A stretch of DNA of 64,000 nt, from assembly GCA_043228905.1 (NCBI GenBank), contig JBHGNT010000009.1:19902001-19966000 (forward strand). Direction: 5' to 3'. The notes beneath the pieces are model-generated. The model saw nothing but the letters and a program-made list of their open reading frames with translations. It did no database searches and had not been told where the DNA came from. The stretch is from Azolla caroliniana (taxonomy: Eukaryota; Plantae; Polypodiophyta). This document shows, one piece after another, positions 45,521 through 58,010 of the stretch; within the stretch, counting starts at the first letter, position 1; each line of letters starts with the position of its first letter. A program made the position numbers and the translations under genes.

Positions 45521-48500
45521 TAAGAAAGAACACTGAAATGGAACCAAAACAAGTTTCCAAATTAAATATTGGCATGGATTTTAAATCATATCACAATACA
45601 TTGTAAAAACAGAAGAGTTTTTAGATTTACATTTCGATTTATTCAAGTGTGTGTGCCCACATATGGATGTTATATAAAATGTTTAGAAATGCAACTATCA
45701 TGAAATAAAAAGACAGATGTGCACAAAAATTCCAAAGATGTGTAGGGAGGAAACAATGTTCAGCTCACATGATTTGATTTTGCTGGCTACATAATCTAAT
45801 TTTTTTATTAGGCACATATACCTCTTTTACCTCCTATTTTCTATTGACATCAACTTTCGGTGTATCTAACATGGTCAATGAATCTAGAAACTATTCTCTA
45901 TTGAAATAGAGCACAAATTCATATATGCACTAAGAAGAGAATGGGACAAGATGGCATGTCGATGAATAATGAAAGGGTATAATTGTTTTATGGATAAAAC
46001 ACACTTAAAGGCATCATGTGAAAAGAAAACGTTTCATCTTCCACATTTAATGTAACAGAACTCTCTCAGTTCACGAATAAAATTTTAAAAAAGGCAAGTG
46101 ACAAGTCCCCTTTAGAAGATAAATTCACATGCCCAAATTGTAGTGAGCAATAAAAACTATGTTATTTTACGATTTATGCTTCGATGGTTCTATCAAAATG
46201 TATGATGCCAACCAAAACAACCTAATAGTGTCTCCATATACAACACTCACTTATAACTTATTGGGAAATTATACTAAGAATATTTATTGTTGGCCAATAT
46301 ATTCGTTAGCATGAAAATCATCTAGGAAGCATACTAACAAACTAGGGATGCAAATGCAAAAATCCATGTATGTCGTTAATATTTAGGGTTAGCTAGTATA
46401 AATATCCTTTCTTGTTTTTCAACCAAACAACCACTCCAATTCCTAATACACATCCTTCTAAAACGTCCTCGGATAATGTCACATGTACACAATGATCACA
46501 ATCGAGACATTGATCGGTTCTCGTTTTCCTCATATAGGATATATTATTTGTATCAAGCATCCTTCTATCAAATAATTAGCATATATCTTGTAAATTCATG
46601 AATGAAGAATACATCCTTAGCCCTACAAGAGTAATGCATTTACGGTCTAATTACATGGGAATGCATTCTCTATAATACATATGTGTACATAAAACTATAA
46701 TCACGACTTATATGTTCGTGTTAGCTATTCTAGTTAACACTTCCAAATTGGTATATGTATATGATTTATTAAATTAGGATAACTTTATATAACAAACAAT
46801 TTGATTAGCACATTTACATCTTAGGTTGTTAAACATGTATAGTAAGCACCTACCTCTAGATTATGGCACATTGTTATCACGTGAAATTGTATTGATAAAA
46901 TATAGAGGGGTTATATTTGTTATGTCATCCTAAGCAATAAAGAGCAACATTTGGTTAAATGGCAAAGTATTGAGAATATGTTTAAGTTATGAAGTCTTAT
47001 CATGCTTTCCCTGGGGGCAAATGCATATCACGAGCTAAGGAATCTCTTACAAGTAAATACATCGATATTCATGACAAATGTTACCTTGTGTTGTTTTGTC
47101 AGTACAAAATAAATTTGCAGTTTGATCATTTTGGCACCACACTTTTGACAATGTAGCACTAAGGCACGTACATTATAATACATTGTATGCATTCTTTATT
47201 TGTGGTAAGGGGGCACATAACCCCCATAGTGTTCGCAAACTGACAAGATCTTTCCACTTTTAAAGTTGGTTAGATATCATGTGGGTCAAGATCACATGGT
47301 TGTTGAGGTCAAGCTAGAGAACACTTTCCTCCACATTAAACAAATCTAGGATGATGTATGTTATGTGCTCTAGCATAGATGTTCGAGTAGAAGCAAAATA
47401 TTGAAAGTACAATCTATTATGAGAAGACAAGAATATTGAAAAGCTACTAGGGCTTTTAGAGTTGTGTTCAAGAAGAAACAATTCAAATTTAGGAAATTGG
47501 GCACATTTGATGCTTCGAATCTTCGAAGACTATACACAGGCTCCACAATGAGCAATAGCCATATAAGCAATAGTATTACTACCTTATTATGAGTTCATGC
47601 TATGTAAACCCTAGGTGCATCACCCATCTCAGTTGGAACTGATAGGTTTTGGCGCGTGTCGAAAGCATTTGAGTCAAAGTATGGCTTTATGGTTGGGGAC
47701 GAATCGATGGATTCTACCATAAAATTCTAACAATGTTATACGAGAGAACTAGGGGGAGCATCCATGGTAGTTGTGTTATCTCTTCTTCGGTGATACACCG
47801 TCGATTACTTCCTGGGTAATCGGGTCACGGAATCGACTATGGAAATGGTTGGCCACAACAGGTCTTACGACTTATACTTATAACTTGGACAGAAAACCCA
47901 ACAGTAAAGATGAATGTGTAATGACACGAAAAGATAAACCCACAAATGTGTATTATAAGATTACTGCGTAAATAATTACACGGCTCACAGCCAAAATTTC
48001 TATTCACTCCCTCTAACAGGAAAAAACATGCATACATATATAATTCTCTCTACCTAGTATAATAGGAGTATCTCCCTCTCTTAAAGGTATATAGACATCT
48101 CTCTTGCGCGCGCTCGCGGCCCCTTCCTGTTGCTGTTGCTCGCTTTTTATAGTTTTTGTTTTCTCTTGGCGCGCTTCAACCACCTCTCTGATTTTCCAGC
48201 CTTTATTCTCGGTTGCGCGTAATTCATTTGGCTACTTCCTTCACGCTCGGTGGATTCTCCTTTTCCCTACCTTTACCTACTTGTTTCTTTTAATAGATTC
48301 GTTCCGAACTTCATAACCTTTGTCCCAGGGATAACAAGTTGATTCTCTATTTCCAAGAAGTGATTGTCATATAAAGATCTAGAAACCTTCCCCAATATAG
48401 GTACGAAACTTTCCCCAATATAGGTACTCATGGTTTGCTCTTACTTCGTGGCGCTATTGGTAGTATGTAGTAAAAAAATGAGTACTTTTTTTTTCTAAAA

Positions 48501-49393
48501 AATGATACTACATTAGTATTAGAAAACGCCATAAGGCTAAACATACAAGATATACCACCGATCCCCTATGTTTTTCTAAATTCTAACCATCATCTTAAAT
48601 AAACACTTTGGTCTTGAGTAGAACCACTCCACCTTATCAAAACGTCGTCTATAAAATATACCTATGTCCCAAACGGCATGAAACTCCACATGCCTAAGCT
48701 CCGCTTGATGCGTATTACCTATAAAAAAATGAGTACTTTGTTTGACGTTATTGGCTTGTATATGACCAAACTTCCCTCATTTTATTGTATTTCAAATTGT
48801 CTCGATTTTAGGGCTTATTGAGTCGGAATCACAAAATCAAGTGAAAAAACATGGTGTATTAGGGTAAACTCCAAGACGACATGGTTAACCCTACAACTCC
48901 CTTATGGTGAGAGGACGACACAATACCATACCCAACTTAGACTCCGCCTCTCCCATTATGGTTTCTCGACACAACTTAAACGTGACCTATAAATGACAAT
49001 GACACGAATTCACACCTCTGGTTCACAATAACCCCAAAAACCTATGTCCTAACATCCCTAGTACATTTGTATTGCTCTCATTACTTCAACCAGATCAGTA
49101 GACTCTCTGATCCGCTCTCAATTGTCACTTTCATGGACAAAAGTCTCCAAACATCGAGAGTCTGTCGTAATCAATTCCAAACATGTTATATTACGCATGC
49201 GCCAAAAATGTGTCGCTTTGGGTCCCATCCTCCATATTCTCTCACATAAGGGAACTACAACATATGTTTGTACATTTTGCCATGGGTCACTAATTGAACA
49301 CACACATACACACTCCCTCTCTTATATCTATCTAATTACCCTCCTTAATCTAAGTATCACATAGGGGTTAATGTAATATTAGTATAGATTGTA

Positions 49394-52231
49394 ATGGACC
49401 ATATATTTGATCAACACATATTAATAGAACCAACCAATCCCGGTAGTTATCCTAGTCATATTCACAATCCCAGTCTTAATCCAAACCCTAAGCACGATAC
49501 TAATTGCATTCACAATCCTAACCATAATTTTAATCACCTTCTCCTTCCTAATTCTAATCACATTTGTAATCTTAATCATAATTACACTCTTAGTCACAAT
49601 CCTAATCCTAATCCTAATCACAATCACAATCACAATCCCCATACGAATGCGAATATAATTCCTATCCCTAATCCTAACCATGATCCTAATGCTGCTTTTT
49701 CTAGACCCAATCACAATCATCATATGAATCATAATCAAGAAGATAATCATAACATTATGTCAGCATTCACAGCTGATCATCTGCTATATGGGGGCCAGCT
49801 TTCACTGTCTCTTTCTTCATCTGATGAGATTACTAATCATGATCCACCTGCTCCTCATCTTCATGATCTGAATCAGATCAAATCATTATGCACTAATTAC
49901 TTTACTACAACTACTACTAATTATGAACCAATCCACAAAATGTTAATGAGCTCTAGTGTCTACTTCAAGCCAGCTCAATCCATCCTTCAAGATCTTGTAT
50001 TCAATTCTTCATCATCATCATCTTCTGAATCTTCTGAATCTTCTGAATCTTCCTCTTTATTCACATCTTTGTTTTCTTCGACAATGGCACCGTGCTTAAT
50101 CAATAATCATCAGCTCCTGCTCACCAGAAGAAAGCTGGTCCTTATGCTCGAAGAGGTCATTTATATTTAGCTAATAATGGTTAAAACTCGCTTTTTAGAG
50201 ATCTGGTTATGTTAATTCAAGCAAGGATTAGCATCGAAATTGGATGTTTAAAAAAAACACATATTTTACAGAACAGATTAATTAGATCGTAAGCCATAGT
50301 TATGTAAGATCTAGTTATGTTAATTCAAGCAAGAAAAAAAATAGGATTATCAATCGAAATTGGATGTATAAAAGCACAAATTTTACAGAACAGGTTAATT
50401 TTAGATCGTTAAGCCATAATTATGAATCTCTGTATATGTATACACACCAATTTCTTTCTGTATACATACTATTATAGGTAGAGAAGAGGTTGAAGCAATG
50501 GAAAGAGCAATGGATGAGTTATATGCAATGCAAAGATCAAAATGAACAGCATGACTTGATGATGATGATGATTCAGATGCAGACATATGAGAATCATCAT
50601 CATGGATATGGTGGTGGTAGCATTCAGTCCATCCTACAACAATTGAGGAGCTTAAGAGACAGAATCAACCAATACATTGATGGCATTAACAACTACAGAG
50701 CCTTAATCTCGATGGCCGAGCCGCCGACAAATTTACAACAAAATGATGAACGATCTATCGAATCAGCTTTAAATAGTCGAGATGATTACCGCCATTACCA
50801 TCATCAATCATCATATAGTGAGGATCATGGGCACATGGTCATCATCCCCAAATGGCGGCCACAACGTGGTCTCCCTGCACGATCCGTGTCCGTCCTCCGA
50901 GCTTGGCTCTTCGATCATTTCCTACACCCGTAAACCCTCCTTAAGAAGGATTAATCCTCTCTACTCTCAATTTTGTCCTCTACTCTTTTTATTAACCTCT
51001 ATATGTTCAAATCTTAATATGCACTGCAGATATCCGAAAGACACCGACAAGGCCCTCCTCGCCAAGCTTACCGGACTAACTCGTAACCAGGTTCCTGCAT
51101 ATCATCCAACATTACATTACATTACATTTACACCATATATCAAATTTATACATTTGCTCTCCAAATATGTCTAGTATTTTTTACCTAGTTATTTATATCA
51201 TTTATCTCAATTTGATCCTAAATTCATGCCAAGGGCTAATATATTTTTAGGTATCCAACTGGTTTATAAATGCAAGGGTCCGGCTATGGAAGCCCCTGGT
51301 GGAAGAGATATACCGAGATCATGAGGAGACATTAAAACTCGCAGCTGGTCGCGATCTTCCCGAAATGCAGGTATGTGGACACGCATATTATCATTCGATC
51401 GATACCACTACAATCCCCGAAGACATGGCTCCGTTAGTCGGCTCGGCCAAATCGGCGACCCAAGAATATACAGATCATGGCGATACCAACATGCTCATAA
51501 CCGATCGTTCGGCCGTGATCACATTTAACAGCATTAATAATCATCACTTCGACGAGGTTTGGTCGAAAAGGGTGGGGGCAGGAGTTGAAACCAGTGATCA
51601 CATGATCAAATACATGGCAATGGCCATCCCAAATATGCAGGATAATGTTGTGGTGGCCGATGATGCGAGTGTCGCCATGGACGAAGCATCGTCCAAATTA
51701 CCAAAGACATATAGCCCTGTAAGCAGCAGCACTATGTCCCATCATGAGCTCCATATCAATGATAGCATGAATTGCATTGCTAACCAAGCCTCAAGGAATA
51801 TCATGGATATGGATATGGAAGAAGGAGGAGGAGGAGGAGGAGGAGGAGCTGAAGATATTCATATGGCTCAGCAATGTGAGCTTCAACATGGGATCATGGC
51901 ATGGCCTTTGATCAATCTTCAGCATGAAGGCCATCAGTACCAATCGGCCCATCCTCATCATCATCATCATCGGCATCAAAGTCCCTACTATAGTGGTAGT
52001 GGTGGCGAGATCATGCCATTCGGACATGCGGGCCATGGTGGCATGACCCTTACTCTCGGCCTCCAACGACAACAGTCTATCGCGCCCAATGTCGGTATGT
52101 TACAACAATGTCTGGTGCCGGGCCTCAAGTTACCAGAAATTCGGAGCGAATTCACGAGCGGACCACAACAGTTCCTTCCGACCACACCCGCATGTCCAAC
52201 ACCAACCATTACAACAACCATCACCATGTGA
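49394..52231 (+). CDS. BELL: BEL1-like (TALE) homeodomain transcription factor, 4 exons: 49394-50155, 50478-50929, 51030-51090, 51251-52231 (751 aa)
   Basis: SKY box [16 protein letters not shown]; BELL domain [10 protein letters not shown]|VEKR; homeodomain WRPQRGLP...WLFDHFLHP|YPKDTDK...TRNQ|[15 protein letters not shown]; C-terminal MTLTLGL. GT-AG introns and the 61-nt third exon typical of the family; frame intact. Confidence 0.96.
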
Positions 52232-52465
52232 TTTTTGTCAAAGTCTTTAATCAATCACATGACATGCTCATAATCATCATACTCCCTCTGTGATCAACAC
52301 ATCCAAACATTCGGAATGTTTCTACCAGTTCATGTTTCATGTGTAATTTCCATGGAACAAACCTTCCCCAATATGATCATGTACTGATGGTGAATTGTGG
52401 TTTGACATGTGACAGGTAGAAAATGATAATGGATTGTTATTAGGTATATCATTAGGCATTCCCAC

Positions 52466-52592
52466 CATAATCTTTGTAAATCAGAAGCATATTCCTTGTG
52501 TCATTGACTCCATAATCTTTGTAAATCAGAAGCATATTCCTTGTGTCATTGCCTCCATAATCTTTGTAAATCAGAAGCATATTCCTTGTCAT
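52466..52592. repeat. 45-bp tandem repeat, 3 copies
   Basis: CCATAATCTTTGTAAATCAGAAGCATATTCCTTGTGTCATTG. Confidence 0.9.
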
Positions 52593-54134
52593 TGGTGGTC
52601 AATTCTTGAGACCTTAACAAGAGGTTGGAAACCCCCCCTTCATCATACAACACATCTGCAGAGATTTTTGAGATGCCTCCAAGGATCCAAATTCTTCTAT
52701 AATCCAAGGATGGACCAGCTTTAATGTGGTACATATAAACCACATTACTAATCAAGAATCAGGATGAGACCAATATTTCCCCACCCTGTACAAGTGTCAT
52801 ATGTCATTTGAACTTCCAGATGCTCTAGTAGTTCTTTTTAGCACAGGGAAAAATGTTTTTCTTTCATGAATTTGTAAGACTCTATTTTTGTTATGGTTTA
52901 TATTTGGATGACAGTTTTGATCTTTCTCTCTAAGTCTGTGCTGCAAGATCCAGGAGTCCTTCAAAACCTTCAGAAGCATGGACTATATGCTCAATCTACA
53001 ACAGAGAAAGGTCAGTTTGAGTGAAGGTGTATTCAAACATGGTCTTGCCCATCATACATTTCACTCAAAAAGGATTGTCTTTGCCCCATAACCCATTGTC
53101 ATAATCTGTTCTGGATTTGTTCATAATTTTAGGGTTTTCTCCCATCCCCAATTAACACACAGAAAAATTGCCCTGCTCCAAGCAAGACTTATTGTTATGT
53201 ATTGTTATGTAGGAGTAGGTATGCATTTCTTTATGTCTATTACAGAGATCGTGAGAACACAAAGCCCACAGACTACATGAATGTGACTCTCAATATACAC
53301 CTTTAATAATCAAGACCTCCAAGCCAATGAGGATGTTTATTAGATTAAATCCTTAAATCTTGTAAGCCAAATAACAGTCCACAAATTTAAAATGAAACCT
53401 CAGAAAGCCCATCGATATCTACGAATTAAGAGTCTTTTAAGCAATTGATAGTCAGTTGGGACATTGCAATGCTTGTCATTATGGTAATATGCAAATAAGA
53501 ATCTTAATATATACAATCTTAATATATACAACGCCTGAAAGACCCGAAAGAGATGGTTATTTTTAGGGTATGGTAGTCATTATTCGGTCACGAATAAGAA
53601 TTACAACAATTACAACAATCAGACAAGGGTCCTGAGAAACCAAAACCAAAACCAACAAGAATCAATCAAAAGCAAAAATGACCAACTAAGAACGAAGTTT
53701 GGCATTAACACAAACAAAAAACCATTTGGAACATTTAAAAGGCTAAATTCATCTTCATCTAACATTTAGGGGTGACTTAGGAAACGAAAGCCAACAAGAA
53801 TCAACAAGGAATTTAGAAACAAAACTGTAAAAAGACTTGGAAATTTTTATTTATTCACAACAGTACAGCTCAAGATTGAGATTGTTCCACTTCATTTAAG
53901 TTTGGCATGAAAATAGAGACAAAAAACCATTTTGAAAACATTACAAAAAACACTTTGGGAATTTTTATTTATTCACAACATTACAGCTCAAGATATGAGA
54001 TTGTTCCACTTCCATTAAGAGACATGAAAATAGAGACAGAACCATTTGTAAACATTTTGGAAATTTTTATTTATTCACAACAGTACAGCTCAAGGTTATG
54101 GGATTGTTCCACTCCATATTGAGCTAGAGCTACA

Positions 54135-56221
54135 TCACATAGGAAAGGGCTCATGTTCAGAGTATGGCCGACTTTCCTCATACCTCTCATGCTCTCCTCG
54201 ACGAGTATGTTGTTCTCGAGAGTGCGACCTTTGACCTTGAGATTGTTCTTTTCTCGCATACACAGGAGGAAAGATAATCTCTTCATCCCTACCCAACTCC
54301 TCTAGGGTCCGTCGATCCACATTGAAAGCTGCCGCAAGAACTTCCTTTGGAATGCCATGATATACGGAGTTGCGACCCGCAAGGAAAGAAATCGAAGGCC
54401 TGGAAGCAAGGATTAAGAAAAAACAAATTTATTATGGACATTATAATTAGACCTTAAAACCATAAGAAAAACTAGTACCTATGTGATGTTACAAAGCCAA
54501 CCATCTCCAGCCCTTCGTTTCCGGCCATCTTCATCGAGGGGAAGAATTGTGGGATGAGTATGAATGAGCCTCGGCTCACCTCCTCATCAAACACCCTTCG
54601 TCCGTCACCATTGGATACTTGAATCCGTCCACTTCCGCGAGTTACGTAGATAAGCTGGTGAGCATTAGTAGAGAATCCCGGAGCAACCATCGCATTCTAG
54701 AAAAATCCAAGAAACCCAAGGATAAAAAAACATGAGAAAAGACTCTTACCATGCCGAAATGAGTATAGATGCTCTCGGCCCACACTAAATGATTGGGAAT
54801 GATTATTACTTTACCTCCTGAAGAGAGACTCTCCCCAAACTAAATCCAACATGGTGAAGTGCAGGCAACTTTTGGGAGGTAGTGATGCTCATGAAGCCGC
54901 CATTCTCGACGAAAATGTCGGGTTGAGATGGAGTGTATTGAAGCTCCTTAAAGATGTTCGAGGCCGAACGAGAACTCGACGTCTCAGGGAAACGAATCGG
55001 ACGTCTCACACGAATGATGCCAACCTCTTTTTGGCTATCAAGAAACGACCCAATTGTGTCTTCATCAACTCCCCAAGCAGTGGCTAGGGCCTTATGACTG
55101 AAACCATGAAGGAAGGACCCGAACTGACGTTGTTGACCACCAGAGATGAAAAATTGCTACAAGCACATCGGAACAATAACATGGTAGTATGTACCGCACA
55201 CAAAATATATGATATTTGATCATGTTCAGCTATCTATGTAGGAACAACACCTTTGTAGTATCACACACAAATACATGTATTTTGATCATGTTTAGCTATC
55301 TATGTACAACAGCTTTGTAGTATCACACACAAATACATGTATTCTGATCATGTTTAGCTATCTATGTAGAAGATAAAGAAAATGGAGCCCTTCCAACAAC
55401 CTTGTGGTATCACACACAAATACATGTATTTTGATCATGTTTAGCTATCTAGGTAGAAGATAAAGAAAATGGAGCCCTTCTTACACTTACATTGTAGTGA
55501 CTAGGATGAGATCCAAGGCTAGACATGTCACCGGCACACAAGACGCGAAGCACCTCATTCCCACCATTATACCACCAATAGATGGTACCCTTCGGAAGAG
55601 CAACTACATCTCCCTTCTCCACTCGTCGAACATATGGTCGAGGGCCACTAATGCCACTACCACTATCACTAGGCAGGACAGCACCCATATATCCACAACC
55701 TAGCCCATGTAATTCATGTACATTAATTAATGATACACTCCAAATGTAATACATCATTATTTCTTAATTATTTGTCGTCGGATCAACAAACCAACCATAT
55801 AATATGATATACCTTGGGTCACATAAGCAACCTTGGGGACATTAGCATAGTTGGGCAAAAGCAAGCCATCTTCCTCGAGCTCTAGCTCTCCAATCCCAAC
55901 CGCGACATCGCTGCGAATGTCACGATCCACATTGTCATTCATCCACACACGCACAACCCCACCTTCGGTCCGTAGCACCTCACAAGGCTCCCCAAGATCT
56001 AGATTAAGCCACCCTTCCTTCTCTTCCTCTCTATCATGATGATTATCAAGAGTAGAACTTAATAATGTAGTGTAGAGATTCGTTCGACCTTCACAGCCTT
56101 CCGATGGCGAATATTTGGACGGAACATCATGAGCTTCCAATGAAGAATATGATTCATCCACCACACACCCTAGAAGCAGCAAGAACACCCATAGCATCCA
56201 ATGGTTGTAGTAACGCATCAT
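54135..56221 (-). CDS. 11S globulin/legumin-like bicupin, 5 exons: 56221-55813, 55699-55491, 55156-54815, 54696-54479, 54399-54135
   Basis: Hydrophobic N-terminus; cupin 1 GLLLPNYANVPKVAYVTQG...KGDVVALPKGTIYWWYN; cupin 2 NAMVAPGFSTNAHQLIYVTRGSGRIQV...IPQFF...LAGRNS...VLAAAFNV. All junctions GT-AG and in frame. Confidence 0.93.
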
Positions 56222-57239
56222 ATTGGAGGGATATACTTGTGCAAATAGAGAGGATATAGATGTGATACAACACAACTTGAAATCGAGGAGAACACAATCT
56301 GTTAAAGTGTATATATATATATGATCTACATATTGGAATGGCATGCAAATGATTTATGCATGGATGTGCACACTTGGCATCACAGCTCAAGGGTGATGAT
56401 CATCATGAATATGCTACTATTAATCAGTAATCATTTACACACGCATGCTACTAGTTATTTTCTAAGGTTGTGGTGCAGTAGGTGGTTCAATAACCTACCA
56501 ACTATATATGTAGAAGCATCACTCCGAATGTTTAAATTTCCTTCCTTCCATGAAAAGATCTTTATGGGCTGCAAAATCAAGCAATGGCATCCATTATAGA
56601 TTTGCAAGTGAGTTTGGTTACATGTTAAGATAATTCTTTTACATGCAATTTGTTGTGCAACAAGCACGGAATCATAACTTCGGAATTATAACTTGGAACC
56701 AAGTGACAAATCTTCTAACAATCCAACAAGGCACCTAATTTGACATCTTGTTTAAAGCTTAAAAGTAAGTCATATATTGTCAATGTCTTTGTTTACTTGA
56801 ATATTACAGATTTTCAAATTTGGTAAGAAATTAAATTGGAGAGTAATTGTCCACTTTATTTGTACATTCAATCATGTTAGCTTAATGTTAATAATGTTAA
56901 AACAATATTAGTATTATCTTATTTTTGTATTTTACACTTACGAAATAAATGTACCCTTGCGTATCACTTTACATGAAGAGGTCCATGTTTTCTAACCTCC
57001 AATATAACACATAACAAAACATATGTAACATAAGAACTAGTAATATACATTATACATTATACAACCAAGCGCAATCCTCAAAACAACAAGGTGCATTCTC
57101 GATTGCAACATTCATTGGTGAAGTTCTTGAACATCAAGAGTCGCTACTCACTTTTACATGTAGCATGTGAAATGTAATATTTTTGGTCTCATTGGTCATA
57201 TTTGACCTCCGAAGACGGTAATAGAATCTCTCTCTCTCT

Positions 57240-57960
57240 TTTAATTCTCACATGGTATCAAAACAATTTGTGAGTAAAGAAGCGACATAAGTTTGATTGA
57301 TCTAGACAATCTATAGAAGATGTCGTCGACCACCGATACGAAAAACCAATTGGAATTTGTCGGAAATCCAAGCAATGCCTCATCAACAAATCAAATGGCA
57401 AGAAAGTATGTGGTGGAGAAACTCACAGACCACAATTATAGAATGTGGAGAACCAGAATGAAGTTAATTTTGAACCTCATCAACAAATCAAATGGCAAGA
57501 AAGTATGTGATGGAAAAACTCACTGACCACAATTATAGAATGTGGAGAACCAGAATGGAACTGTTAATTTTGAAGAGAACAAAACTTAAAGGAATTATAA
57601 ATGGTTTTAAAACCATTCCATTAACAAAACCTAAATTAAGCGATTGGAAAAGAAGAGACCTAGATGCAAGAATGAAGATAATCATGCATTTGAGTGATTG
57701 ACAAGTTGATCGTGTTTGAAGTCTCGAATTTGCACGAGCAATGTGGGATCATCTTCAACAATTACACCAACCCTCTAGTGGTACACCCAAAATCTTCTCC
57801 TAGCTAACCCTAATGAACATGGAGATGCATGAAGGAGAACCAAGGAACACCCTCATAAGCAATTAGCGAAGAAAAATATTTATAGCAATCACAGTAGGTA
57901 ACATTATTGATCAAACATCAAAATGTGAAATACTAATGGGTTCCTTGCCAGAATCATTCT
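57240..57960 (+). mobile_element. Copia 5' remnant (PBS and decayed gag with a ~90 bp internal duplication)
   Basis: ...CACA TGGTATCAAAAC at 57253; KLTDHNYRMWRTRM occurs twice; WKRRDLDA. Confidence 0.8.
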
Positions 57961-58010
57961 CCAAATACTAAATGGTCAAATAGACGCAAGTCACATGACA
58001 ATTGCAATGT

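Noticed and set aside
45520-49390. Short ORFs and possible promoter or DNA-transposon remnants upstream of BELL
   Set aside because: AT-rich, with no recognisable domain, terminal repeat or TSD that I can support.
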